This document shows, piece after piece, positions 46,731 to 56,365 of a DNA stretch of 64,000 nt. The position numbers and the translations under genes were made by a program. The DNA lies in NCBI GenBank assembly GCA_050013255.1, contig JBEKFP010000001.1, positions 640,001 to 704,000 on the forward strand, written 5' to 3'. The notes below the pieces were generated by a model that worked only from the letters and a program-made list of their open reading frames with translations, had not been told where the DNA came from and did no database searches. The DNA is from Candidatus Bathyarchaeia archaeon. Its GTDB lineage: Archaea > Thermoproteota > Bathyarchaeia > 40CM-2-53-6. Position 1 is the first letter of the stretch. Every line of letters starts with the position of its first letter.

Positions 46731-47561
46731 ATGGATAATGTCTTAAGCAAAATCGGGCGTACGTGGGGGAACACGCGTTGTGTTCGCCTCATGCTGGAAT
46801 TAGTTGAAGGCCGTATAGCACAATTAGCCCTCCTAATCATTGTGCTTGCCGCGATTTACGGACTATCAAGAATTGCCCAAAAAAGGCAAATGAAGACTCG
46901 CGGGATCCCCGGCCTCGAAAGAATCGACGAATGGATAAAGGAAGCTGGAAAACTGGGCCGTAGCGTCTTCTACACGCCTGGAACAGGAGGCGTCACCTCG
47001 TCAGACACCTTGGCAGGATTGGCTCTGTTGGACTACGTGGCGAAACATTGTGTTGAACATGGCACTCCGCTGATCGTTGCAACCGCCGACGTGAACGTAC
47101 AGCAAGTTTCAGAAGATATCGTGAAAAGCGCCTATACTGCGGCGGGCAAAGGAAAAGAGTTCACGGCTGAGACCGTCCGATATATATCTGGTAGGCAGTT
47201 CGCCTATGCTGCCGGCGTGATGGGCATTCTTCGGCGGGAAAAACCAGCAGTCAACTTCTTCGTTGGCGATTTCTCAGCGGAGGCACTGGAAATTGCTGAG
47301 GCTGGCCGAAGCGAAGCAATATACCAGTTCGGTGGGACCTCCAATGTTGACCAGTTACCTTACTTCATGGCGACTTGTGACCAAACTCTGATCGGCGCAG
47401 AATTGTATACGGCTCAAGGTTTCCTTTCTGCTGACCCAGAGGCAACATCAACTTTAGTTGGGCCCGACGCAGGTAAAGTACTAGCCATACTCCTCATACT
47501 CTTAGGAGCATTCCTCCTCACCTTTGGTAATTCCATCCTAGTCGACCTATTGCAACTCTGA
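46731..47561 (+). CDS. DUF6754-like membrane-anchored protein
   Basis: RGIPGLE.IDE....G..V.YTPG.G, QFAYAAG, QLPY..ATCD..LIGAELY; TMs at both ends. Confidence 0.7.
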   Translation: MDNVLSKIGRTWGNTRCVRLMLELVEGRIAQLALLIIVLAAIYGLSRIAQKRQMKTRGIPGLERIDEWIKEAGKLGRSVFYTPGTGGVTSSDTLAGLALLDYVAKHCVEHGTPLIVATADVNVQQVSEDIVKSAYTAAGKGKEFTAETVRYISGRQFAYAAGVMGILRREKPAVNFFVGDFSAEALEIAEAGRSEAIYQFGGTSNVDQLPYFMATCDQTLIGAELYTAQGFLSADPEATSTLVGPDAGKVLAILLILLGAFLLTFGNSILVDLLQL

Positions 47562-47570
47562 GGAAATGAA

Positions 47571-48263
47571 ATGAGCGCAAAGAAACGGAAAATGACTCGG
47601 GGAGAATTGATTCTCCAGATACTTATTTTCTCGTTGGGATTCTTCTACGCGTTCGTCTATTACGTGAATGTCTCCACACCGGTTGACTTGCAGGCCGTTT
47701 CAGACCAGCTCTTTGCATACTTGACTGCGATGCTAACTGCAGCATTCGCTATAGGAATCATCAACCTAACGCGGGTCCACGTGAATAACGTCAAGCTGAA
47801 ACGCCCCGTCTGGAGGTACAGCATCGTCCTGATCATAAGCCTCTACGGCATGGCGATCATTAGCATGATTTCCTCTCCCTTCGCAATAGACCCTACAGGG
47901 GCCGTCATACCTGCCGGGCTCATTGACGCCGTGACCCCAATCTGGGAATTCTTATACTACAAGATCTTAGTTACCATAAACTCCAGCATCTTTTCACTAT
48001 TAGCCTTCTTCATCGCCTCAGCCGCCTACAGGGCTTTCAAAGCGAGAACCTTGGAGTCAACCATACTCTTGGCAGCGGGCTTGCTCGTCGTGTTGGGCCA
48101 GGCGCCAATAATGGACCTAGTTTGGCCGGGTTTCAGCGCGATACGTTCCTGGATTTTGTTGTTTCCAAACACCGGGGGTCAGAGGGGGATATTGATTGGA
48201 GCTGCCCTTGGCATACTCGCGTTCAGTGTTCGAAGATTGATTCGTTACCCGTGGGGAAGATAG
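47571..48263 (+). CDS. Polytopic membrane protein
   Basis: FSLLAFFIASAAYRAF.AR..ES..LL, R.ILIG.ALG. Confidence 0.75.
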   Translation: MSAKKRKMTRGELILQILIFSLGFFYAFVYYVNVSTPVDLQAVSDQLFAYLTAMLTAAFAIGIINLTRVHVNNVKLKRPVWRYSIVLIISLYGMAIISMISSPFAIDPTGAVIPAGLIDAVTPIWEFLYYKILVTINSSIFSLLAFFIASAAYRAFKARTLESTILLAAGLLVVLGQAPIMDLVWPGFSAIRSWILLFPNTGGQRGILIGAALGILAFSVRRLIRYPWGR

Positions 48264-49094
48264 ATGAACCCATCAAACTTACGGTCCGACCCCAGGCTGA
48301 TCTACTTGCTACTGATTTTGGTCATTACCGTTCCAATACTCACGCATTCTGTCCTGCCTGTTCCTGTAAGCTCAACCACGCAAGCTCTATACGATTTCAT
48401 CGAGAAGCTGCCTGCTAATAGCCTCGTGGTAGTCAGTTTTGATTATCCGACCAGCGTCGTTCCCGAGCTGCATCCCCAAGCCATAGTTGTTACGCAGCAT
48501 CTTTTCATGCGACCGCTGAAAGTTCTTTTTGTGGCGCAGTATCAAGACGGGCCGGCATTAGCCGATGCGGTTCTCGATGCAATCGATAAAGGAAACAAAA
48601 CATATGGTGTAGATTACGCAACGCTTGGTTTCATTCCGAATACAGCCACGTTCATTGGAATGATTACTAACATCCCCCAATTCTTCCCTGTTGACACGCA
48701 TGGCAACCCAGTGAACACTCTTCCAATTGTCAAGGAGTTCCCGGCCGGCAAGCAAGCCGCGCTAGTCATCACTTTTTCCGCAGGTGAACCAGGTTTGTTG
48801 GATTACTTGCAATATTGGCAGAGTAGTTTCAACATTCCAGTAGCGGTCGGCGCCACAGCTTCCAACGCTCCGGGTTACCTGCCCTTCTATAATTCCGGCC
48901 AGCTCGTTGGGATCCTAATCAGCATTCGTGGGGCGGCGGAGTATGAAATTCTAATTCACAGAATGGGAATAAGCGGCGCGACCTCAGCCATGGTCGCCCA
49001 GTCAACGTCCCACCTTCTGATAGTTGTCATGGTAGTGTTCGGCAATGTTGCCTATTTCGTTGAGAGAGGCAGAAAGAAGGGGGTTGCCAAGTAA
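48264..49094 (+). CDS. Membrane-anchored alpha/beta protein
   Basis: FDY....PEL.PQ, YGVDY..LGF, GQL.G....RGAAEYE, QS..H. Confidence 0.75.
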   Translation: MNPSNLRSDPRLIYLLLILVITVPILTHSVLPVPVSSTTQALYDFIEKLPANSLVVVSFDYPTSVVPELHPQAIVVTQHLFMRPLKVLFVAQYQDGPALADAVLDAIDKGNKTYGVDYATLGFIPNTATFIGMITNIPQFFPVDTHGNPVNTLPIVKEFPAGKQAALVITFSAGEPGLLDYLQYWQSSFNIPVAVGATASNAPGYLPFYNSGQLVGILISIRGAAEYEILIHRMGISGATSAMVAQSTSHLLIVVMVVFGNVAYFVERGRKKGVAK

Positions 49095-49859
49095 ATGGTG
49101 AACATAATAGACGTCCTTAGCATTTGGGTGGCCGTCTTTGTGACGTTGATGGTCCTTAGCTTTCTGTACAAAGAGAACCCATTTTTCCGATTAACAGAAT
49201 ACGTTTTCATCGGTTTGAGTAGCGGGTATGGGTTCGCCGCGGCGTTGCGCCTCTTCCTCAACCAAGCCATAAACCCCATCGTAAGCGGCAGCCTGGACTT
49301 CATAGTCCCAGTCGTTTTGGGCTCATTCTTCTACGCACAATTCACGAAGAAGTATTCGCTACTTTACCGCCTTCCGTTGAGTTTGGCGATCGGTTACGGT
49401 TTGGGCGTAACCATCTGGAGTGTAATGCAGGCCTATTTCGTCAGGCAGATCGAGGCCACGATGCTTCCGCTCTTCACCGGAAACTTGTTGACTACAGTAG
49501 ATAACTTGGTTCTGGTCGTGGGCACCATCCTGTCACTATCCTACTTCATCTTATCACGCGAGCAGACGGGAAGTTGGGGGACCATAACGAGGATTGGAAA
49601 ATACTTCATACTAATTACGCTTGGCGCCGTTTTCGGTAGCACGGTCCTGGGAAGAATGCAGATCATAATTCAACGCATTCAGTTCCTAACGGGTGACCCA
49701 GCCTTTCCTTGGCTCGCACTAAAAATGGGAACTGCGGAAGCGGGAACCTTTGCGCCCTTTGCAATCTTGGTGTTCCTGGTGGTTTTCGGTTTCTACCTTT
49801 TCAGGGAACGAAGGAGCAATGCAAACGGTGAAGCGAAGCCCAGACGGGTTAAGGCTTAG
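49095..49859 (+). CDS. Polytopic membrane protein
   Basis: SFLYKENPFFRL.E..FIG...GY, G.YF..I.LGA.FG.TV..R. Confidence 0.75.
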   Translation: MVNIIDVLSIWVAVFVTLMVLSFLYKENPFFRLTEYVFIGLSSGYGFAAALRLFLNQAINPIVSGSLDFIVPVVLGSFFYAQFTKKYSLLYRLPLSLAIGYGLGVTIWSVMQAYFVRQIEATMLPLFTGNLLTTVDNLVLVVGTILSLSYFILSREQTGSWGTITRIGKYFILITLGAVFGSTVLGRMQIIIQRIQFLTGDPAFPWLALKMGTAEAGTFAPFAILVFLVVFGFYLFRERRSNANGEAKPRRVKA

Positions 49860-50127
49860 ATTTCGATAGCTCCTCGATTCGTTCTATTATTCTACCGACA
49901 TTCTCTTTCTTCATGAACAGACCTGTGTACTTTGGTCCCTGCAGCTCGAATAACCATTCCAGGGGTCCCAGCGCTACGATTGCAAGCTGGGACGCGATGA
50001 AGGAGAGCGGCCGCGTGGCCTCCAGGAACATGATTGCGGGTGATTCAAGCCCCTTATCCACGACGAGTTTGGCGATGTTGTTGATTAGCTTCCGTTCTTC
50101 TTCCTCGGTCAGGTCGAACTCAGACAT
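49849..50127 (-). CDS. Conserved-looking hypothetical protein
   Basis: IAK.VV.KGLE.PAIMFLE..RPLSFIASQ. Confidence 0.7.
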   Translation of the reverse strand: MSEFDLTEEEERKLINNIAKLVVDKGLESPAIMFLEATRPLSFIASQLAIVALGPLEWLFELQGPKYTGLFMKKENVGRIIERIEELSKSKP

Positions 50128-50147
50128 AGGCGGTTGATCTTCTAGGC

Positions 50148-50912
50148 TTAGACGGAGCGGAAGACGGTTTCCTCAGGGTAAACTTCGATGCCCTCGGCGG
50201 TTATCCTGTACGGGCACAACCTATCGGTGTGTTTAGCCCCACGCATCTTCCTAACCTCCAAGGCTTTCACGTTCGACTCTTCCACTCTGTACATGTGAAG
50301 AACGATAACTCCCTGCGCGAGGAAGGCCTCGGCACCGAACCTTGTCATATCCTGCCTGTCCTCTGGGTTCTCCGCAAGCATTATCGTTGTGAGGTCCATT
50401 TCCGTTAGGTCTTTGATTAGGTGCAGTGTCTGTTGGCGTATCTCGAAGTCGTCTTTGTACTGCAACGTGAGCGCTGAAATTGAGTCTATGACGCAACGCT
50501 TCGCGTCCACCTTCTTCTTGACTTCCTTTATTGCCGCTATAACTTCATCTAGCTTGAATTTCTCAGCACCCAAGAAATTCTGCCCAAGCGAAGGAGGAAC
50601 GAAAGTGGTGGTTTTAATTGCACGCTTGATTGGTGAAACATCAACGAAAGCGAGTTTGCCCTGCTTCTCCGCGTCGGAAATTTTCCACCCATACCGTTCA
50701 CTATTGAAAGTGATGGAGTAGGGAGGTTCATCAAACGTAACGTACATCCCATTCTCCCCGTAATCGCTAAGTCCCTTGTACAGGTATTGCACGCCAAAGG
50801 TCGTCTTACCTGTCCCTGGTCCTCCGAGCAACAGGAAGCCGTAACCCCGCGGTAGGCCACCTTCGATAAGTTCATCCAATCCCTTAATTCCGGTCTTAAC
50901 TCTCTCACTCAT
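50148..50912 (-). CDS. Single-domain KaiC/RecA-superfamily ATPase
   Basis: KTGI.GLD.LI.GG.P, GGPGTGKT, VIDS, V.KMRG..H. Confidence 0.92.
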   Translation of the reverse strand: MSERVKTGIKGLDELIEGGLPRGYGFLLLGGPGTGKTTFGVQYLYKGLSDYGENGMYVTFDEPPYSITFNSERYGWKISDAEKQGKLAFVDVSPIKRAIKTTTFVPPSLGQNFLGAEKFKLDEVIAAIKEVKKKVDAKRCVIDSISALTLQYKDDFEIRQQTLHLIKDLTEMDLTTIMLAENPEDRQDMTRFGAEAFLAQGVIVLHMYRVEESNVKALEVRKMRGAKHTDRLCPYRITAEGIEVYPEETVFRSV

Positions 50913-51040
50913 AATGGAAGACTCCTCTCAACGGCGAGTAATGCATTTGCCATTAAGTTCCAGTTGGCCAAATAGGGCTATCGGTAAGTTCTTCAGTTCA
51001 GTCAGTCAAGTTTCACGAAAGAAAACTGAGGTTCGAGACG

Positions 51041-52537
51041 TTGGAGCAACTGCGACGCCTGGTTCAGGAACTTGCGTTAGCAGGATACCAGCTCGACCGT
51101 TCAGCGTATGATTATCTTAGGTCGATGAACGAACTTGACGCAACAAGGTTCGCTAAGAACCTCCTGATAACGATAGGTGAGACCCCTGAAGCAGGACGAA
51201 TTCTTACCAAGCAAGAATTGTTGGAACTCACTGAGCCACCGCAGGCGCTCCAAATCCCCGTCCCAGTCTCAGCAACCATTCCGGCAAAGCAAATGTCCTC
51301 GAGGTTAGAAATCGTAAGGGACCCTTCCAAAGAGATCGGGACAGGTGGCAGCATCGATGACTTCTCACACTACTTCCGAGATAGATTCCACAAGTTGTCA
51401 TCAGCCTTTCGTGAACGATACGATGCAAGGGACGCAACAAACATCGCCAATGCCCTAACCGCCGAACAAAATCAGAAAGTGAAATTCATTGCTATGGTTA
51501 TGGAGAAACGCGAAAGACAAGGGAAACTCTTCTTACAAATCGACGACTTAGAGGACTCAGCCACAGTGCTCGTCTCGGCCGACGCTCGAGCTGCTTACGA
51601 AGTGGCGCAGAAGACCCCTCTCGATCAAGTGATCTGCGTTTCCGGCGTACGGGCGAAGGGAGACCTAATCGTTGCAAAGGAGATCTTACTTCCTGACATC
51701 CCTGACCACAAGCCACACCTCGCCGACGAGGAGGTTTGGGCAGTGTTGCTCTCAGACCTGCATGCCGGTAGCAAGAAGTTCCTCGGGGCTGAGCTCGCTA
51801 GGGTTTTCGATTGGTTGAACCTGAAGATCGGCGGCCCGGACCAACGGGCTATTGCTGAACGAACCAAGTACCTAGTCATCTGCGGGGACATCGTCGACGG
51901 AATCGGAATATACCCACGTCAGGAACAGGAATTGGCAATCGTAGACCTCTATGAACAGTATCGTGAAGCCGCAAAGTACGTGGGCAGGATACCTGAACAC
52001 ATTGAAACGGTTGTGCTTCCAGGAAACCACGACCCAGTGAGACAGGCACTCCCGCAACCTCCCATACCGAAAGATTTCGGGGAATCACTCTACGAGTCAC
52101 GCAAACTTATTTCCTTAGGCAACCCTGCCGAGGTTTCGATGCATGGAGTCAGGCTTCTACTTCACCACGGCCGCAGTCTCGACGACATCATCACAAGCGT
52201 TCCCAACATTGACTTCACGCAGCCCGAGAAGGCGATGAAACTTCAACTGCAATGCCGGCACCTAGCCTCGGAGTACGGGAACAGGACAGCCATAGCCCCC
52301 GAGAAAGTCGACCACCTAATCATAGAAAACATACCTGACATTTTCCAATCAGGGCACATACACGTCGTCAAATATGAAAACTACCGAGGCACGCAAATCA
52401 TCAATTCCGGAGCCTGGCAAGCCCAAACCGATTACCAACGCCGAGTCGGCTTGGTTCCGACACCTGGCATACTAACCGCGGTCAACCTACATACGCTACA
52501 AGTACGATTGATGAACTTCATGGAAACTTCACCATAG
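51041..52537 (+). CDS. polB: DNA polymerase D small (exonuclease) subunit DP1
   Basis: OB fold; SDLH.GS, GD.VDG.G.YP.Q, PGNHD, HG.S, GH.H, NSG.WQ.QT. Confidence 0.95.
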   Translation: MEQLRRLVQELALAGYQLDRSAYDYLRSMNELDATRFAKNLLITIGETPEAGRILTKQELLELTEPPQALQIPVPVSATIPAKQMSSRLEIVRDPSKEIGTGGSIDDFSHYFRDRFHKLSSAFRERYDARDATNIANALTAEQNQKVKFIAMVMEKRERQGKLFLQIDDLEDSATVLVSADARAAYEVAQKTPLDQVICVSGVRAKGDLIVAKEILLPDIPDHKPHLADEEVWAVLLSDLHAGSKKFLGAELARVFDWLNLKIGGPDQRAIAERTKYLVICGDIVDGIGIYPRQEQELAIVDLYEQYREAAKYVGRIPEHIETVVLPGNHDPVRQALPQPPIPKDFGESLYESRKLISLGNPAEVSMHGVRLLLHHGRSLDDIITSVPNIDFTQPEKAMKLQLQCRHLASEYGNRTAIAPEKVDHLIIENIPDIFQSGHIHVVKYENYRGTQIINSGAWQAQTDYQRRVGLVPTPGILTAVNLHTLQVRLMNFMETSP

Positions 52538-52745
52538 GTTAGGAAAAATAGGAATCATCTGTAATAACATCATATCGGAGGAGCGGATCAAATAGCTTAC
52601 GCAGGGGACAAGAAGAAACTCAGTGTTTCTGATGTTTCCAGTAGGCGTCGAATGCGGCCCACGAATTCTTGGAACAGTAAGACTCGTCACAGAGCGGAGC
52701 GATTAGGCTGAACACCTTTTCTAATGTCAGCGAGCGCCCATTCGC

Positions 52746-52910
52746 CTATCTCGTCAGTCTTCTTCCTAATCTGCGTAACCGTTTGCCGATTGTGAGACGC
52801 GCGCCCCTCGTATGTTTCCGGATGGCCCGCTTCGTTTTTCTTCCAGTATGAGCCCTTCTTTTCCTAGGTCTTCGTTTCCTGCTAACACGCCTTCTTGTTC
52901 GTCTTGCCAT
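52746..52910 (-). CDS. 54-aa Arg-rich protamine-like protein
   Basis: MARRTRRRVSRKRRPRKRRAHTGRKTKRAIRKHTRGARLTIGKRLRRLGRRLTR*; TTTTATTT box 25 nt upstream of the ATG. Confidence 0.6.
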   Translation of the reverse strand: MARRTRRRVSRKRRPRKRRAHTGRKTKRAIRKHTRGARLTIGKRLRRLGRRLTR

Positions 52911-53050
52911 GGGCGAACATTGCTCAATATGAAGGAAATAAAACTTCGCAGGTTTTATGAGACTAAACTCAGGGGGTGTTTAGGATCCGTTACAGAAGCC
53001 TATCCCGGATATTCGCAAAACCAAAATGCATGCCACCCGTCCTGATTCGC

Positions 53051-53518
53051 CTAACACATCCAGCGGGGTACATGTTTCCTATACTGCAAGTATGCCTCGC
53101 CGAATTTCCGCTCGAGATATAATTCTTCGGGTTTCACTGTCCCACGTTCCACAACAAAGAGCAACAGTGGGAAGAGCAGAATCAACCAAAGAACATCCAG
53201 GAAAACTGCAATTCCGAGAAAGAAAACAAACATCGAGAGGTAAAGTGGGTTTCGGGTATAACGAAAGACACCCTTCTCGACCAAGGCCGTTGTTGGTTCC
53301 CGTGGATCAGGACTAGTATGCGCCCGACGCATTTCAATTATCCCAGAACCGCCGATCAGAAACCCCGGGACGAGTATTATGACCCCTGCTATCTGAACTG
53401 AACGGCCAGGGAAGAAGGCTAGTGGAAGAACCCAGTTCAATAAGAACCCTAAGATGAGGATCCCAAAGAAAATCACCGGCGCAGGAACAACCCTAGGGCG
53501 GTCAACTTCGGCGTTCAA
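53051..53518 (-). CDS. Isoprenylcysteine carboxylmethyltransferase-family membrane protein
   Basis: LV..G.FRYTRNPLY, EE.YL...FG.AY..Y...VPRW. Confidence 0.88.
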   Translation of the reverse strand: MNAEVDRPRVVPAPVIFFGILILGFLLNWVLPLAFFPGRSVQIAGVIILVPGFLIGGSGIIEMRRAHTSPDPREPTTALVEKGVFRYTRNPLYLSMFVFFLGIAVFLDVLWLILLFPLLLFVVERGTVKPEELYLERKFGEAYLQYRKHVPRWMC

Positions 53519-53581
53519 GATTCTAACCTTCGTTCATTTCGTAAATCCACTGAATCAAGTGTTGTTTGGCGGTTAAGGTTT

Positions 53582-53606
53582 CATGTGTGTGAGTCTAATG
53601 GTGCGA
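53582..53606 (-). repeat. 13-8-13 site (one arm degenerate) overlapping the DUF99 stop codon
   Basis: CATGTGTGTGAGT-CTAATGGT-GCGA. Confidence 0.7.
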
Positions 53607-54245
53607 GCGTCGGAATTTGGACTTGTTTCCGCGTGTTTGCGTGGTCAAGACGCTGAGGCCTCTAGCGAGGATGCCGGCGACTCGGATCGGTTCGGGTAAT
53701 CTGGAAATCATCGCTGCAGATGCAATGGCTTTCTTGGCGAATGAAAGGGGGGCACCATTCACTTCGAAGTATAGTTTAGGTTCTTGCGGAAGTGGTTTGA
53801 AGGCGTAGAGGCGTCCAGCATTCCGAACTATGCGCCAGCGCTCTTTCCAATCGCTAAAATGTTTTCGCAAAGCCCGCAGGACGGCTGGGTTGTCCGGCTT
53901 CTCTCTACTGATAGCGATAACCGGCTTCCGCGTGGATCGGGTGAGTTGATGGATGTCGACGAGGTTAAATCCTCCGAAAGAAATGCCGGAAAGCATCACA
54001 ACGTCAAACCGCAAGTTCTTGAGAAGGGAGTTTAGGACGCGGTTGGCGTCCCTCCCATCAACTTCTATGCGTCCGAGTCTGACATCGGAAATAGTTGAGC
54101 CCTGGAAGAGTACTGCGACTAGGAGGGCGTATTGCTTCACTCTCCTAATTGCTGGAATTGCCCCGTCGTCGATTCCAACAATTCTTAAGCTAGGATTGGT
54201 GTTTCTGGAGGGACTTTGGGACATATCCGAAGAGTCTGCCTGCAA
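53595..54245 (-). CDS. DUF99 (endonuclease V-like) protein
   Basis: GIDD, VDG.DA, G..FGGFN.VD, PEP.RVA. Confidence 0.88.
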   Translation of the reverse strand: MQADSSDMSQSPSRNTNPSLRIVGIDDGAIPAIRRVKQYALLVAVLFQGSTISDVRLGRIEVDGRDANRVLNSLLKNLRFDVVMLSGISFGGFNLVDIHQLTRSTRKPVIAISREKPDNPAVLRALRKHFSDWKERWRIVRNAGRLYAFKPLPQEPKLYFEVNGAPLSFAKKAIASAAMISRLPEPIRVAGILARGLSVLTTQTRGNKSKFRRSHH

Positions 54246-55416
54246 GGTTGTCCTCGGCGTACGTGTCTGTGATCACTCGCGGTGAGATGCCTATTCTTAT
54301 TTTCTTGGTTCGGCCATACCGGCCGAAACTCACCACCCGCGCATTCAGTATCCCCAGCACGTCCAATTCGTTAATCAGCCCGCTAACCCTACGCTGCGTT
54401 AGGGGTTCCAGGTCGCTGTGTGAACAGAGTTCATGGTAGACTTCGTACACGTCGCCCGTAATCGCGCCTGCGGGAAGGTTGTTGCTGAGCAGGAAGGCGC
54501 TGACTAAGAGTATCTTAGAATGCGCTGGAAGGGACTTCAATACCTCTGACACGCGGTCGTGTTCAATTTTCTGTTGCGCCAGACGAACATGTTGTTCCAC
54601 GATGTGTGTGGCACCTTCACGTTCCGCCAATTCTCCAGCCACTCTAAGCATGTCCAAAGCGCGCCGGGCATCACCATGCTCCCCAGCCGCGAGAGCTGAA
54701 CAAAGCCTCAGGGCGTTCTCATCAAGGCGGCCGTTAATGAAAGCCAGCTTAGCGCGGTCCATCAAAATATCGAAGAGTTCATTCGCCAGGTATGGCCGAA
54801 AGACCACCTCCTCTTCACTTAGAGAACTGAGCACCCGCGGATCCAGAAATTCCTTGAAATGAAGATCGTTTGAAATTCCCACGATGCTAATCCAAGAGGA
54901 GTTCAAGTTCTCATTGATCCTCGTCAACTCGTAGAGTAGCGAGTCGTCCGCGCTATGCTTTATGAGGGCATCAATCTCGTCCAAAGTAACCAGCAACGCA
55001 GTCCGGTCCGCATTTATCCCGCTACAGAACCGGTCGAGCAACTCACCGACTGCAATCCCCGTGAAGGGCACTTCCACGCCCACGGCCCTACAGATCTCAG
55101 CAAGCACCCGGTAATTCGTTCCCGCCAAACGGCAGTTTATGTAAGCAATCCTAACCGGTGCTCCAATCTCTCTCGCTTTCTTCTCAAGTTTGTCAAGCAC
55201 AAATTTCGTGACAATTGTTTTACCGGTCCCCGTTTTACCGTAAACGAACAGATTCGAGATCTTAGACTGCTGAAGCGCGGGAGCTAGCATGCCGGCCAAG
55301 CGCTGGATATGTTCGTCCCTGTGGGGTAGGTGGCTGGGCATGTAGTCATGGCGTAAGACATCACGGTCTTCGAAAATGTTGGCGGTCGACAGATATTTGT
55401 CGAATAAAGTCTCCAT
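54190..55416 (-). CDS. cdc6: Orc1/Cdc6 replication initiator
   Basis: Y.P..LPHR, GKTGTGKT, LDEID, GDARRA, C-terminal wHTH ending GRYGRT. Confidence 0.97.
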   Translation of the reverse strand: METLFDKYLSTANIFEDRDVLRHDYMPSHLPHRDEHIQRLAGMLAPALQQSKISNLFVYGKTGTGKTIVTKFVLDKLEKKAREIGAPVRIAYINCRLAGTNYRVLAEICRAVGVEVPFTGIAVGELLDRFCSGINADRTALLVTLDEIDALIKHSADDSLLYELTRINENLNSSWISIVGISNDLHFKEFLDPRVLSSLSEEEVVFRPYLANELFDILMDRAKLAFINGRLDENALRLCSALAAGEHGDARRALDMLRVAGELAEREGATHIVEQHVRLAQQKIEHDRVSEVLKSLPAHSKILLVSAFLLSNNLPAGAITGDVYEVYHELCSHSDLEPLTQRRVSGLINELDVLGILNARVVSFGRYGRTKKIRIGISPRVITDTYAEDNLAGRLFGYVPKSLQKHQS

Positions 55417-55972
55417 AACATCTACGGTTGGCGTATTGAAACCTCCAATGGCAAAGGTGCTATTACATGTTGAAAACTAGCTAACCATTCTTGTACAAGA
55501 AAACCAACAAGAGCAACTGGAACTTCAACCGTAAATGAACCATGGACTCGCAAAAATTGTTGTAAAATCTCAAATGTAACTAGTAAATAACCCCCTCACC
55601 CCTACATTTCCACTCCAAATGTAAGAATAACTCGGGGTGTTTGAGAGATTGATTAGAAGAACTCTGTGGTGTTAATGCCTTTCACTGGTATAGCGTAATG
55701 CGTTTACTCAATTGTATAATATGCTCTAATTTTCATAAATAGCTGAATTGAGGATTGAGGCATGCTTCAAGGTTTGTCCAGTCGAAATGAAGGGGTTAGG
55801 GAGGCCTTTTCTGAATATTATTGGCAGTCTTAACATGTTGTCATCTGTGGAATGTCACAATAACCCCTCTATTTCCACTGTAAGCACAAAATTGCTACTG
55901 GAAATCTATGCGTTATCCCATCCACAATTAAGTTCAACTTATTACATGTGAATCGCTAACTGTGTATGTGTT
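55417..55972. other. Chromosomal replication origin (oriC) with ORB elements
   Basis: AT-rich gap upstream of cdc6; ORBs at 55598-55618 (-), 55777-55796 (+, TCCAGTCGAAATGAAGGGGT) and 55863-55883 (-), each with a G-string. Confidence 0.85.
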
Positions 55973-56365
55973 ATGAAGAAGCGTATCAAACTAGAATTCT
56001 TTGATCGACAGGGTATGAAACATAGCATTGCAATTGAAGGCGAAGTTACAGCCGACAAAGTCAACCACTTGCTAGAGTACGCTGAGATCGTGGCCGGTTC
56101 AAATCAGAGAGCCCCATTACTGCCCGGAACCCAGGATAGTAAGATAAGTAGATTGTTGGATGTAATCAACACGCGGCTAGTGGACCGTAGCTTTGATTCA
56201 CGTGAAATTTTGCAGGCTTACAGGGAAGCTTGGGGGGATGATTTTACGCTCGGGGCCGTATCGACCTACTTGTCCCGTTTGGTTGATCGGGGAACGTTGG
56301 AGAGGACTGGTTCGGCGTCCCACTGGTTCTATAAGCTTAAGCCTTCTCCGACTCTTTCTCCGTAA
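55973..56365 (+). CDS. wHTH-containing hypothetical protein
   Basis: F.S.EI...Y.......L..VSTYLSRL.DRG.LER.G. Confidence 0.75.
   Translation: MKKRIKLEFFDRQGMKHSIAIEGEVTADKVNHLLEYAEIVAGSNQRAPLLPGTQDSKISRLLDVINTRLVDRSFDSREILQAYREAWGDDFTLGAVSTYLSRLVDRGTLERTGSASHWFYKLKPSPTLSP

Noticed and set aside
50148-50912. Circadian clock KaiC
   Set aside because: Single domain with no kaiA or kaiB nearby; a generic archaeal KaiC-like ATPase.
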